From: Nageia nagi | Lineage: Eukaryota; Plantae; Pinophyta | Reading direction: 5' to 3' | NCBI GenBank assembly: GCA_050084985.1 | Contig: JBITNC010000002.1 | Span: forward strand, 30,814,001 to 30,878,000 | Length of the DNA: 64,000 nt | Shown: positions 1 through 12,824 of the stretch, piece after piece | Position numbering within the stretch: position 1 is the stretch's first letter | How the letters are laid out: each line of letters opens with the position of its first letter | Notes under the pieces: model-generated | What the model was told of the DNA's origin: nothing | Database searches by the model: none | The model's input: the letters and a program-made list of their open reading frames with translations, nothing else | Made by a program: the position numbers and the translations under genes

Positions 1-560
1 TGAGAGTGCTCTTTAAGAAATGAATACCAAGAGCTTGTCTTCCACTGTCTCTTCTCCAGCTTGTAGGAAGGCTTAGAATTTTGAAATTAAATGAAGGAAA
101 TATTTTAGTTTCTCTTAACCTTTCAACCTTAGTGTGTGTAACTATCCTAGAGGATGCGAAATCTAGTTTAGGTTCTTGGACTCATAGACTTGTTGCAACT
201 TCTTCCATGCATCTTTGACTTTTATGCATTCATGAATATGAGGTTAGATATTATATGAGATTCCAAGTAATATGATCATAAGCATCTTTTTTTTGCATTG
301 ATCAATCTTAGTATGGCCTTATCCAACTATGGTTGGACATGTTTAAGTACCGATAACAATATCCCAAAGTTCTTCAAATCAAACAATTGCTTGAATCTTC
401 ATTTTTTAAGATGCATATTTTTCCCCTTTCAATACTTGGGAGTCAAGGAGAAAAATTTTGGGGTTAATATAAGCCATGTGGCTTTGTAAAAAAGAAATTC
501 ACTCTTTTCAAAGTTTTGTAAAAGAATTTATCTCCTTCAATTTGCCTTCAAAGTTCATTT
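1..560 (-). pseudogene. Decayed Copia gag (UBN2-like) fragment
   Basis: HIHECIKVKDAWKKLQQVYESKN motif, interrupted by stops and frameshifts. Confidence 0.6.
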
Positions 561-2189
561 AAATCTCCAAGGTATTAATAAGGTGGGCTATAAATTATTT
601 ACAATACCTTTAATTTTAACTATGTAATTAAAAAGAATTAAAGCACATATCAAAATTAATGACTTAATGGAGATTTAAACATGTTACCTCTTTTGTTTAA
701 ATTTAATGGCTTGCCAATCCACCAAGAGGCTTCACCTTTAGGGATAAATAATTTGGTTTTCTTTTGTGTGTCTTTAAATTGTCCTTCTGTGTAGAAAAAT
801 AAAATGTTTTATTTATTTTTGGGTAGATTATTTAAATAACCTCTTGCAATAGTTTATGATACTTCAAAAATACTTTTTGTGGGAAAAAATTAATTGTCTC
901 CTCCAATGTTTGGGTAATAAAATTATTGCTTTTCTTCCCAAAATTTCTCTCCTCCAATTAATTATTATGTTTGACAATATTTGAAATGGTTATAACAATA
1001 GTTATTAATCTCCTCCAATATTAATAGGTGTTGGAAAAATATTAATGTCTCCTTGGAAAAAATATTAACTCTCCACCAAATAAATGTTACTTCAAAACAT
1101 AGTTGTTGGACAAAGTTTATTAAAAGGCAAAATATTTATTTTTAAACTTTAGAAGGAAATTGTGTATAAAATTGTTTGCTTGTTCAAATTTTATTGCATT
1201 TCTTACAAGGCGTGATCCATCTAGGCATGAGGTTGGGAGGAGAAGGGGGCAACACATGAGATTTGCAAGAGATCATGAGCATGTAAAGGACTACATTTTT
1301 CATAGGAGATGTACATAATGGTTGCACTGGGCAAAAAAAAGGTAGTCTAAAATTTTTGTAGAAATAAATTAATTGCTATAGAATGCTTCATTCCATTTCA
1401 TACTAAAGATTTAGACTCAGTTATGCATACATCTAGGATTTTAGAATTTTGTGGCATGAAGAAGGTAGTCATAGGCCACAAATGAAAGGGATGTGTTGTT
1501 GGGAGGATGGATAGAAATAATCATTTTGGGCTAGTATCAAAGATGTCAGAGAGACATCAATGAGAGGTGGTGGTGTTGGTTGTGTTGGGTAGAAGATAAA
1601 CACACTAAACTCAACTCTCTTCAATGTTATTTTATCCTTTTCATAGATCTTACACAATATTACAATAGATTGCTCTCACAAAATCTCAAACTCAAATTTC
1701 ACATATCTCTTCTTTCAATTTTGTCAAGATAGTAGAGGTTGATTGTAATACAAATTTTCAATGGTTGGGAGGGAAAGAGAGATCATGTAGATCAAATCCT
1801 TTCTTTTTAATCCAACTCTTCTAGTAATGACTATTGAGTAGTATTTTACACTTAATTCTAACAAGGAAAACCTCTTACAATTTCTTAAGTATCTTCTAAA
1901 GGTAAGTAAAGTTTTACACATGCTTATAACAACAAGGAAAACTTCTCACCAAGGTAGGATATCTGATACCATATTGGAGAATAGGTTGAGAATATTTTTG
2001 AATTAATGAGAAGAAGAATTTAAATACATTATATAGAATGGGAGTTGCATTTCTCATATGTAACCGAATCACCCATAAACCCTAATATCTAATTTAACAT
2101 TAGTATTATTTATTAATGTATTATTTAATATCTAATTTATATAAATACCTAATGTATTTATTTATTATACTAATGTATTATTTCTAACA
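1..2189 (-). mobile_element. Ty1/Copia LTR retrotransposon, 5' part (LTR, PBS, leader, decayed gag); runs off the window start
   Basis: Minus-strand PBS TGGTATCAGA (1962-1971, tRNA-iMet type) lies next to a ~218-bp LTR-like segment 1972-2189 (TATTGG...CTAACA on +). Minus-strand translation of 1-300 gives Copia gag-like KDAWKKLQQVYESKN...AGEETVEDKLLVFIS with stops. Confidence 0.7.
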
Positions 2190-2549
2190 CATAGTATATT
2201 CCATTTGATCAATGCTTATCCCTAAGTATTAGTATTGATTAACTAAATAATAATCAACAATATATAGATCACTACATGCAAAACACTAGTTTAAGGTTTT
2301 AAGAGGCTCAACCTCAATGGTTGTAGTGGTGCTAACCATTAATATTTGCTCCCTAGGGTTGGAAGTAGAGGCTTGACCATGTGAAGTTTAAGGATATGGA
2401 TATTTTATTTGATATTGAAACTTGATCTTATTGGGATAATTTTAATTTTGTCTTTCTACTAAGGTTAATATACTAGTTAAGTTCTTGACAGTAGCATCTA
2501 ATTATTTAATTCTTTTAGCTTCTTGAGGACTTATATTGAAAATTTTAGG

Positions 2550-3270
2550 AGTAGGTTACATTTAGAGAACAAGAATAAGAGCTACTTGAGTTGAAGACAT
2601 TATATAAGGTGTAGCATTCAGAGGATAAGGATAAGTTCTAGAAGGTAATGTAGAATGGCATCATGGTTCTAGGGGGTAACTTTCCACTAGCTATCAATTT
2701 TTTTTAAGCCCTATTAGCTTCATTATACACTTGTGGTAAAGTAATCTTAAATAATAGTTTGGATGGCAATATCTAAATTAAATTTCTTATGATAATACAT
2801 TAGAGCTTAATGAGGGTCAATCCTTACTTGTTGACAAGTCCTTATTCATTTTTATTGAACCACATATTAAAATCTACCATAGTCTCGTGAGGATATCTTT
2901 TGATAGTCATGAATTGATTATACAATTAAAAATAATCTCTTTCATATGTGAATTATATGATAAATGTTTTCCTAATATGGTTCTATGAGTAGAGAGAATC
3001 AACTTGTAAGGTTTTGAACCATTCAAAAATATTTCCTTTGAAGGAAAGAGAAATAAACCTCATCATGATAAAATCATTTAAAATGTTATATATCAAATCT
3101 AAAAATCCCACATCTTGATAGTATTTGTAGGTTATATTAGCAGAACCATCATATGTGGGTAAAGCTTTTAAAGCTTTAAATATTACCTCTAATGCATTAG
3201 TAGGTATAACAAATAAATTAACATTATTCTATTCTAGATAGATATTATGAGCAACCATATTATGAGTATA
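2550..3270 (-). pseudogene. Decayed Ty3/Gypsy retrotransposon gag remnant
   Basis: Minus-strand fragments AFPTYDGSA, DFIMMRFISLSFKGNIFEWFKTL and KRYPHETMVDFNMWFNK resemble Retrotrans_gag motifs (LF..SL.G.A..WF..L; Q...E.V.DF..RF). Truncated by the LTR at 3276. Confidence 0.5.
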
Positions 3271-3275
3271 TGTTG

Positions 3276-3822
3276 TGAAGGAAATAAGCCTTAAATGACT
3301 AAATTCCTATTCTACCAAGATCTCATGAAAGCTCTCTAAAATATCATCACAATAGTCAATATCACAAATTTGATACCAATATAAGTGGTTCCTCCAACCA
3401 TGAGAGTACATACACTAATCTAAGATCTTATTCTCAAAGAGAACTCTCTTACAACAACTATTTCTCACTTCTCTTACAACCTAGACAAAAGCATAACTTT
3501 GGTACAAACTTGAGTGAGTAATCTCAAGGAGAAAGCCCTCGATTTATAGGCCAAAATCCTCCCTTAGATCATCCTTTTAACCTTTGTACAATGTCATGAC
3601 ATGCATCACCCCTTTACCTAAGGGGCATGCTCATGAGATGGAGTGTAGCATAAGTTACATTATCTTATTCAAAAATACTTAAAAGGTATCTAGGGATAAT
3701 TTTAAGTATTAATAAATTTACATTATCATATTCATTAAATACTTAAGGTATCTATGGATACCCTTAAGTAGTAAGTGAATTACATAAAGATAGCTTACAA
3801 TAATGCATTATACATTCTAGTA
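3276..3822 (-). repeat. LTR of Copia element A (3' LTR)
   Basis: Starts TGAAGGAAAT, aligns along its length with 7403-7963, followed on + by CCCCCCCTTAA (PPT). Confidence 0.85.
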
Positions 3823-4010
3823 CCCCCCCTTAATGCAATGTTGGGGTAGAATGAAGAGGAGAGAAGAAATAAAGAGTAAGAGAGAGTTCTCCTCCATAGA
3901 GATACAATCGGATATGAGAAAATTTACATCTTTAATAATTAAGCAAGATCTTAGATTAAGGCTCACTACTTTACCATTTGACAAATGGTTTACAATACAA
4001 TCATTAACTG

Positions 4011-4670
4011 CAACTAGTTTCACTATACAAAGTATTCATTTGACAAGATGACATGATGAGCCTCCATGATCCTACCCACTTGAAGTAGGTAACCTACACT
4101 CTTAGGAAAAAACTTGTAAGCTACAAAAAACTCATAAATAAGATCAGTTGAATGCATCATATAAATATTTATATCAACATAAAATAAATGAATCAATTAA
4201 TTCCATCTATAAATTGATCAATGGTGCACTATAAATCATCACAAAGATGATAACAAAATACTCATAGTCACCTATTATATAAAAATATATGTTGATCAAC
4301 ATCAAAAATAGATTATAAGCACATAAAAGTTCTATAAAGCAACTAGTTTTGTTGTTCAAAGTATTCATTTAACAAGATGCCATCATGAGCCTCCATGAGC
4401 CTACCCACTCAAAGTAGGTAACCTACACTATTAAGAAGAAACTTACAAGCTACAAGAAACTCATAAACAAGATCATTCAAATGCATCATATAAAATTTTT
4501 TATCAACATAAGATAAATGAATCAATTAGTTCCATCCATAAATTACATAAATTGATCAATGGTGCACTATAAGTCATCATGAAGATGCTAAGACAATACT
4601 CATAGTCACCTACTATATAAAAATATGTATTGATCAATATAAAAAGTAGAGCATAAATGCATATGAGTTC
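4011..4670. repeat. ~330-bp tandem duplication in the Copia A 3' non-coding region
   Basis: caactagttt...gagcctccatga...aagtaggtaacctacac occurs at ~4011 and ~4340. Element B (46570-46900) has a single copy. Confidence 0.8.
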
Positions 4671-4889
4671 TTCACATATAAATAACTAAATAGTGCCAAA
4701 AAGCACATGATAGTTCCTTGAATATGGATAATTGAAACAGTATTAGCAGAAGCCATCATATGCTAAAAAATGTATAACTAGTTCCTCACATAGAGTAAAC
4801 TAACCATGAAGGCATACAAAAAGATCAATACTATATAGCCAAAAAATCCTCCTATAGATGAAGTTGTCATCACAAACATGAATTCAACC

Positions 4890-7160
4890 TTCACTTCCCC
4901 TTGAGGGTAACTTCACCAACCTAATAAATTTCCTAAACTTTCATATTTGAGCTTTAGGAAGGGGCTTGGTAAATAAATTAGTGAACTTTAGGACTAATGA
5001 ACAATACTACAATTATAGAATACCATCCAAAACCTTGTCCTTGGTAAAATATGATTGGATTTCAACATGTTTTGTTATCTAACGAAAAATAGGGTTCTTT
5101 TCCAAAGTAATAACTGATTGATTATATGGAGAAATCTGAGATGGATGAGCTTGCTCATACCATTTTTCTTTTAGAATATACCTCAAACAAATGGCTTCTT
5201 AGGTTGCAACTAACATGGCCTGATATTTTACCTCTATGGTGGAGAGAGCAGCTGTAGGTTACTTCTTATAAGCCTAAGATATAGCACCTAAATCAATGCT
5301 AAACACATAAGCAAAGGTTGATTTCTTATCATCTTTATCTCCCCCATAGTCATAATCTAAGTACTTTAAGAGAAAAATCAAGGTGCTCAACATATAATTT
5401 TTGCATAAACCATATTATAAGATTGATTGCAAAGGTAATATTTAACTTGGAGATATCTAGTAATATCTAGAAATAAATAAGACTACCAATTAGTTTCTTG
5501 TAAGATGTAGCATCTACTATTGGAGAGTTGGAGCTAAGAGATAGAGTGATTACAAGAGAGATTAGGATCACAAGTTTTCACTCCTCCATTCCAAAATTTT
5601 GTAATATGTATGAAATATACTTGGATTGACTAAGATAAGTACAATCATTTTATTGGTACACTTGCATACCAAGGTAGTAGTGTAAGGGACCAATATTAAT
5701 CATTTCAAATATTACCTTAAGTTTGGATATGCACTCTTAATGATTTCACCATTATTTCCTATGATCAAAAGATCATCCACATAGAGAAGAATCAAAAGAT
5801 CATTATTTTTATAAAATATCTAAAATCTTTTTGTATAAAGCTCTAAGTGCTTACGTAGGTCCATACAAAGACTTATTTAGCTTGCATATAAGGAAATATT
5901 TGCCTTCCATAATAAACCCTTATGGTTGATTCATGTATATCTCCACATCTAAGTCACACCATTGAGAAGAGCACTCTTGATGTCAAGTTGAAAAACTTTT
6001 TATCCTTAAGCTACTAAAAGAGTAAGAATTAACCTAATTATATGCATCTTTGCCACTAGAGAAAAGGTTTTCACATAATCAACTCCATATTCATGATCGA
6101 AACCCTTGGCAACTAACCTTGCCTTATATGTCTCATTTTCTCCAATTAAATTGTATTTGACCTTATAAATTCACTTATTTTCAATCACATTACATTCATT
6201 GGGATAGAAAACTAAGTCCTAAGTTTGATTTTTCATCAAAGCCTCATACTCTACTTTTATGGCTTCCATCCAAAATTTGTGCTTTGAAGCTTCCTTGAAT
6301 GATAAGGGCTTGTTCTTGCTATCAATTTTGGCCAACAAAGATTTGTTTAAGGTCATAATTCTTGTTATCCTTTATGATGGAGAATTTTTCTCCTAAGGTG
6401 AATTATCTACACTGACATCTAACCAATTAGGTGCAACAAAAGAGTCATCAAGATCATTTAAGTTCTCATAGGAAGTATATTCCTCATGAAGTTCATTGAA
6501 ATTTACATCCCTCAATATGAACACTGCTCTAGATGAAGGAGAGTAGAGCTTGTAACCTCTATACTAATTGTCATAGCCCATAAAGATGCACTTTTTAGAT
6601 ATCTTATCCAACTTCTTTCTTTTCTCATAAATAATGTAGGCATAGACATCACAAAAAAACTAAGGTGAGAGATGTTAGGTTTTCTTTCCATCCATTCCTC
6701 ATATAAGGTTCTACTTTAATTACTTTCATAGGGCACCTATTCATGGTATAGATTATAGTGGTCACAGCTTCATGCCATAAAAAACTAGGGAGATTTCTCA
6801 ACATGCATGTAGCCATTTCTTGAATGGTTTTATTCTTTCTTTCATATACACTATTTTGATGAGGGGTGTAAGAGATCATGAACCGCCTCTTAATCCTGTA
6901 CTTGGTACAATAGTCATTGAACTCATTGCTATTATATTCACCCCTATTATTAGATCTCAACATCTTGATTTTAAAGTCAAACTAATTTTCAACTAAGGTG
7001 TTTAAGTATTTGAACTTATCAAAGATTTAATCCTTATGCTCGAGTAGATAACTAAATATCATCCCATTGAAATCATCAATGGAGGTTAAGATATAAGATT
7101 CTCCCCCAAGAGACTTAGTCTAAAATGAACCCATAAAATCAAAATGCACAAGCTAAAGAG
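4890..7160 (-). pseudogene. Decayed Copia pol (integrase, RT, RNase H)
   Basis: Integrase core ORF 6649-6963; RT motifs YKARLVAKG (~6105-6130) and LLYVDDL (~5770-5790, ctctatgtggatgat); RNase H KHVEIQ (~5055-5072); many stops. Confidence 0.85.
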
Positions 7161-7402
7161 GATCCTCATTTGAATTCAACTCATACTCTTGGTGAATGAA
7201 GAATAGAATTATCATTTTGGTGAAAGGATCAATGAAATATGATCTCTACATTATGAATCAAATGCCAACAAAGATATGTCTTGTTATGAATGTTTACTCT
7301 AGGGGAAATCTTTGGCATCATCAATTAGGACACCTTAACCACAAAAGCATTCAAGTCATGAAAAATTAAGAACTTGTGGTAGGTTTGCCTTTGACAACCA
7401 AT

Positions 7403-7963
7403 TGAAGAAAATAAACCATAAATGATTAAATTCTTATTCTACCAAGATCTCACGAAAGCTCTCTAAAATTCATCATAATAGCATAAATACAATAGAAGAT
7501 ATTAAAAATGTGGCACCAATATAAATTGGTTCCTCTAACCATAGGAGTACATCCAGTAATCTAAGATATTATTCTCAAAGAGAACTCCCTTACAACAACT
7601 CTTTTGTACTTCTCCTAAAACCTAGATAAGAGTATAACTTTTCTACAAACTTGAGTGAGTAATCTCAAGGAGAGGGCCCTCTATTTATAGTTCAAAATTC
7701 TTCCTTGGATCATCTTTTTAACCATTGTATAATGTCATGATATGCATCACCCTTTTACCCAAGGGACATGCTTATGAGATTGAGTGTATAAAAAGTTACA
7801 TTATCTTATTCACAAATACTTAAAAAGGTATCTAGCAATACTTTTAAGTATTAGTAATTTACATTATCATACTCACTAAATACTTAAGGTATCTAGGTAT
7901 ACCCTTAAGTATTAACTAAATTACATGAAGAGACCTTACAATAGTGTATTATATATTCCAACA
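7403..7963 (-). repeat. LTR of Copia element A, flanked by both a PBS and a PPT
   Basis: TGAAGAAAAT...TCCAACA; PBS-like on the left, CTTCCCCTTAA PPT on the right. Confidence 0.85.
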
Positions 7964-10141
7964 CTTCCCCTTAATGCAATATTGGGGTTGAGAAAAGAGG
8001 AGAGAAGAAATAAAGAGCTCTCCTTCATAGAGATATAATCAAATATGAGAACATTTACATCTTTTAGAAATAAGCAATATCTTAGATTGAGGATCACTAC
8101 TTTACCATTTGAAAAGTATTTTTTAATACAATCATTAACTATAATTGGTTTCACTGTATAAAGTAGTCATTTAACAAGATGACATGATGAGCCTCCATGA
8201 GCCTACCCACTTGAAGTAGGTAACCTATAATCTCAAGAAGAAACTTGCAAGCTATAAGCAACTCATAAATAAGATCAATTAGATGCATCATATAAATATT
8301 CATATCAACATAAAATAAATGAATCAATTAATTCCATCCATAAACTAATCAATGGTGCACTATAAGTCATCATAAAGTTGCCAAGCCAATACTCATAGTC
8401 ACCTACTGTATAAAAACATGTGTTGATCAACATAAAAAAAAAAGAGAGCATAAGCACATATGAGTTCCTCACATATGGATAGCTAAACATTTATCTTGAT
8501 TTAAGGTTTATTGATTTGCTCTCAATAACTCTTCAAGTAAAGCATGATATTATGTACTTTTTCTACCATCTACCTACATTCTTGTGCCTTTCTATAGATA
8601 TTTTGATATTTCTTCCAATTTTGCCAATTTTTGATAATTCTTTGTAACTCTATCTGTAATCCATGAGCGTTTTATTTGGTTTTGGTAGTCATTTCTAAAT
8701 TTTGCTTATTGAGATTGGAATCTTGTTATCACTTAAGGAAATATCTATCATCCATTTTTGTGATCATATGCTTGGCTCAACTTATCAATATTCTACTATG
8801 CATCAATTGTTGGTGATAAACTTTACTCGTAATGAACCTTAGCATTCGCACGAGCATCATTGTTTCTGAACCTATCGCTTGCACTAGTATGTGTTCTCAT
8901 GCTTCCCTTCATTATACTATGCTCAATGGAGTTTTCATATTAAGTTCATCTCTCTTTGATAAGTTCATCCTACATATATCCAATTTTGACATAGGTAAGG
9001 ATACATAGGTATTTACCTTACACTTGATTCCATCTCTTTAGTGTATGCATTCATTTGGTATCTTAACATCGATATAGTTCACTATTTTGTTACAACTATA
9101 CTCTCTATTTCCTATTATTCATGTATGTTTATTTGATTTAAATAGGTTAGATACCACATACTTAAATATTTATGTGTATTTAGTTCATTTAGACCAAAAC
9201 CTTAGGTGTACCAAAACACATATCAACACATACTCCTTATTGATAATTGGAAGTACATGGTATTTAGTACTTGGTTTGAACTTATATTCACTAACTTATG
9301 ATTGGCTTGTACCATGTGGAATGATACTAAGTTGACATTGATACATAGGAACAAATTCCAAAATATCATGCTTCTAAATAATGTACTATGGCTAAGTCGC
9401 TCTTGATGTATAAGGTGATCAACAATTTTGTCTCTACCTCATGCTTTTATTTGGTGTCTATTGACATAATTCTAAAAAATACCAACCTTAGGATGGACAT
9501 GAGAAATGGGCTCTATTTACATTCCACATTGATATTCACTGATTATTATTACCATCAAGGAAAAATACCAAGCATAGGATAAAGAGCCAAATCTATATAC
9601 TTAATGAATCAAGGAATGCTGATGAACCATACTATATAAGTTACTTTTATTAGGCTTGATAAAAGTCCTTTAGTGCATATCTACCCTCCAAGGTATGAAG
9701 AATAAAAGAATGGGAAGTAAGAACATGGGAATAAATAGAAAGAAGGGTAATTTTAAGGAATGGGAATATATAGAAATAAAATAAATTAAGAAATGGGAAT
9801 AATCATATGGGTGGAAAATGAGATCAATTATCTATCAATGTTGGTGTCTTGAATACACACAAAACCATTTTTCACTTTGAAACTTATAAATATTTATGGT
9901 TTTCTTAAATAAAAAGTCTCTCAAATTAAGATTAGCATTCTATTGTGAAATTTAACTTAAAATTTTCTTATACATAGAAATTAAAATTTGAAGACCATTC
10001 ATAAGTTTTGAAATGTATTCCAACAATACACTCATTATTCTATGCAATCCTATTTTTATTATAATATTTAATAAAAAATTATATTATTCTCAATGAATTT
10101 CATAAATTTAAAGGAGTTCACAATTAAGAAAGGATGAACAC

Positions 10142-11285
10142 ATTTGCTTCAGCCAACATTTGATTATAGATTTATAGCTTTGTGGCATTTAGAGTACTTT
10201 TATTTTTTTCCTTTATTTCATATTTGGTTGATTTATGTCCTCCTCTTTGCATTTCCTTTACTTATTTCTTCTCTGTATTGGCTAATCCATAGTCATTGCT
10301 ACACCTTGCACTGTAATTATTGATTTGTCTTCCTCTAGCAAATAGTCTTCTTCTGATATGTCCTCCTTGGGTGGCTCAACATTTTAAACTATGCTAAATT
10401 CATTAATTTTGTTGTCTGATGCATTTATCTCTTTATAAATCTTTTGCTAAAATTCCTAGACTTCACTCCTCTCCACTATTCTTCCTTCCTCTTGATTTCA
10501 TTTTTCATTGTTGCCTTTGTTATCCTGTTCCTTATCATCCTTTGTTACTACATATGAGGTGCTTCTTGTATTCTTGTTAATCCTCCTCTTTTTTTTTCAA
10601 TTTAGACATATGTTATTATAGAGAGATGTCTTCATCACTTTCATTACTTTTTTCATTTATCGATGGTTAATTTTGAACTTGATTTGCTATATGTGTGTCA
10701 TAGACTAGCTTAATGATAATTTGATGTAAATGTAATTCCTCCTTCCTATTCTTAACCTTCATATTCGAGATTTGCATTGAATGGATATAAAGAATGGCAA
10801 ATTGACTTTATGATTTACATACTTGAAGTGATTAAGTAGTCCAAAGTTAAAGGGAAATAAATATGTGTGTCACCCATATAAGGAAATACACTTCATAATT
10901 TATTTCATTACCTCATTCCACAGGTGTAGGATGGATTCCCTATAGTATTGTGTTATATTATTTCTTAGCTTGATAGCTTACCCTTGAAAGTGCATCACTT
11001 CCTCTACATTGCATGCCTTGGAATTCCTCTTCAATAATTTTCCTTGGTTCTCCAAGAATGTTTCCTGTGTTATGGTTTTTGCATTACATGTAATTATTTT
11101 TCCATGAATTTTGGATACTCTTTCTTCCCAAGTATTAGTTACATATCTTGAGAATCTTGGGTCAAACCTTGCACATGTCTTCATAAATTACTGAAGACCT
11201 ACATGATAGATAATTCATCGTACTTATTGGTTTTCCTTGCATTAATAATATTGGTTGGATCTATAAATACCAACTCTCCTCCCAT
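10142..11285 (-). pseudogene. Extra LINE-borne ORF, copy 1, N-terminal part (C-terminus at ~12831-13041 on +)
   Basis: MGGELVFIDPTNIINARK / FMKTCARFD / TFLENQGK / LWNEVMK*IMKCISL / LLNHFK / LHQIIIKLVYD, homologous to 23464-24851. Confidence 0.7.
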
Positions 11286-11449
11286 TTTTTTCTCAGTTGA
11301 AAAAGTAGTTACAAAGTGCTTTGTTTTCTCCTTAACAATGTTTTTTAAGCCACCTTGAATCACCATCCAATTGGAGGTGATGACTAAGTAGTTGTAATGT
11401 AATAAATACAGATACCCTCTCTCATCCATGATTTTGGCCTCTAACATGT

Positions 11450-12824
11450 GGTAATTGATTGGTGGGACATTCCATAATATGTTATGTATAGATTCCTTTC
11501 TCTATTGATGTTAACCATCCTTTGATATTATTTTGGATGATGAACTATTCATTTGGCTTTTCCTTTTTATTTTCTATCTCAAGTGTTTTGAAGTTTTCCT
11601 TGTGTTATACCTGGATGGTCTTAAAGATAATTTTTGCTGCATTTTATTTGTTGTCAAATATTCTTACATTCCTTTACTTCTAGATTTTCCAAAATAGATG
11701 AGCCAAAGCAATATTCCATAGTGCCTTCCTTTATTATTATTTACCATGGGTTTGCATTGAACAATATAATCTTGGATGGAATTTGGTTTAACCCAATAAA
11801 AATGCAAAATATGTGAAAATGTAGCTCCTTAAAAAGATCCTTCCATATATTATGTACATATTTACAATTTAAGAAAATATGATATGTTGTCTCCTCTACT
11901 TGAGTACATAAAGAACATCTATTTGGTATTTGAAAACCTCTCCCTTTTAGGTTATCTATTGTTTGGAGCTTATTATATGGTGATTATATGAAAGGACCCA
12001 TAAGAAAAAACAAATCTTTATAATAATACCTAACATCCATACCTTCTTCTAGAGTTTTTTTGAGCTTATGGTAAGGCTTGCATTTAAAATATTGATTGCT
12101 TCAACAATTTTATATGTTCCTTCTTTGTTTAAACTACATCTAAGCTGATTTGGATTGCTTCTTAGTATCACTCTTGATGTATTTAATTTACTCTCAATAT
12201 CCTCAATTTCAGTCTTCATTACTTGGTCCTTTGGCTTTTTAAGGCTTCATTTTATTGTGTTTTTATTTTAGTACTGCTCAATTTTATCTCCTTGGTTCCT
12301 TTTTAACCATTATGCTCCTTTGTTGAAGTTTTTATATTTTTGAAGAGGTTTATCCTTAATCCAACCATCCTCCCACATATATTTTTCTTCTCCTATGCCA
12401 AGCTCCCATTTTATATGCTTAGTAATGATATATCTTATACTCATTAGTCCATTCCATAAGGGATAACCATAATGATGGTTTCAATTCAAAGAATTATGTT
12501 CCTCTCTTGCATATAGTTTACTCAACAAATATTGATCCACTCTTTGTCCTTCTCTATAGCTAACCTCCATATCCATTTACATATTGATACTTTACTAATA
12601 TGTATAGTCTTTCTTAGTCATAATCCCTCTTTTTATCTTTCTATGCATATTTTGTTCCTTGCAAATAATGCCATTTTTTTTCTTGCTAACCCATTCCATA
12701 AGAATCTACTGCACATATGATCTATCTTTTTACATATTATTGTAGGAATTTTGAATACTATAGAACTATAATTATGAACACTCTATAAAGTACTTTTGAT
12801 CAATGCTCATTATGAAGGAACGCC
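11450..12824 (-). pseudogene. Decayed LINE ORF2 C-terminal region (post-RT region and zf-RVT)
   Basis: LIKSTL..FKIP...CSRFLWNG; IKWELGIG...WEDGW; PNRCSLCTQVEETTYHIFLNC; multiple stops. Confidence 0.8.

Larger units (their letters stand above)
3276..8489 (-). mobile_element. Rearranged Ty1/Copia element A: LTR-internal-LTR plus a second partial 3' internal region
   Basis: Direct repeats 3276-3822 and 7403-7963; PPT (reverse complement) at 3823-3832 and again at 7964-7973; degenerate PBS (ttgacaacca) just left of 7403; integrase ORF 6649-6963 (LRSNNRGEY...YTPHQN..ERKN); RT/RNaseH remnants. Confidence 0.85.

Noticed and set aside
2270-2328. CACTACA...TGTAGTG 59-bp mini-CACTA
   Set aside because: No 3-bp TSD (GAT vs GTG) and only 7 bp of inverted match; could be chance.
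8490-10120. Possible LTR or leader remnants and short ATGGGAATA repeats (9700-9800)
   Set aside because: No termini, TSD or coding motif could be established.
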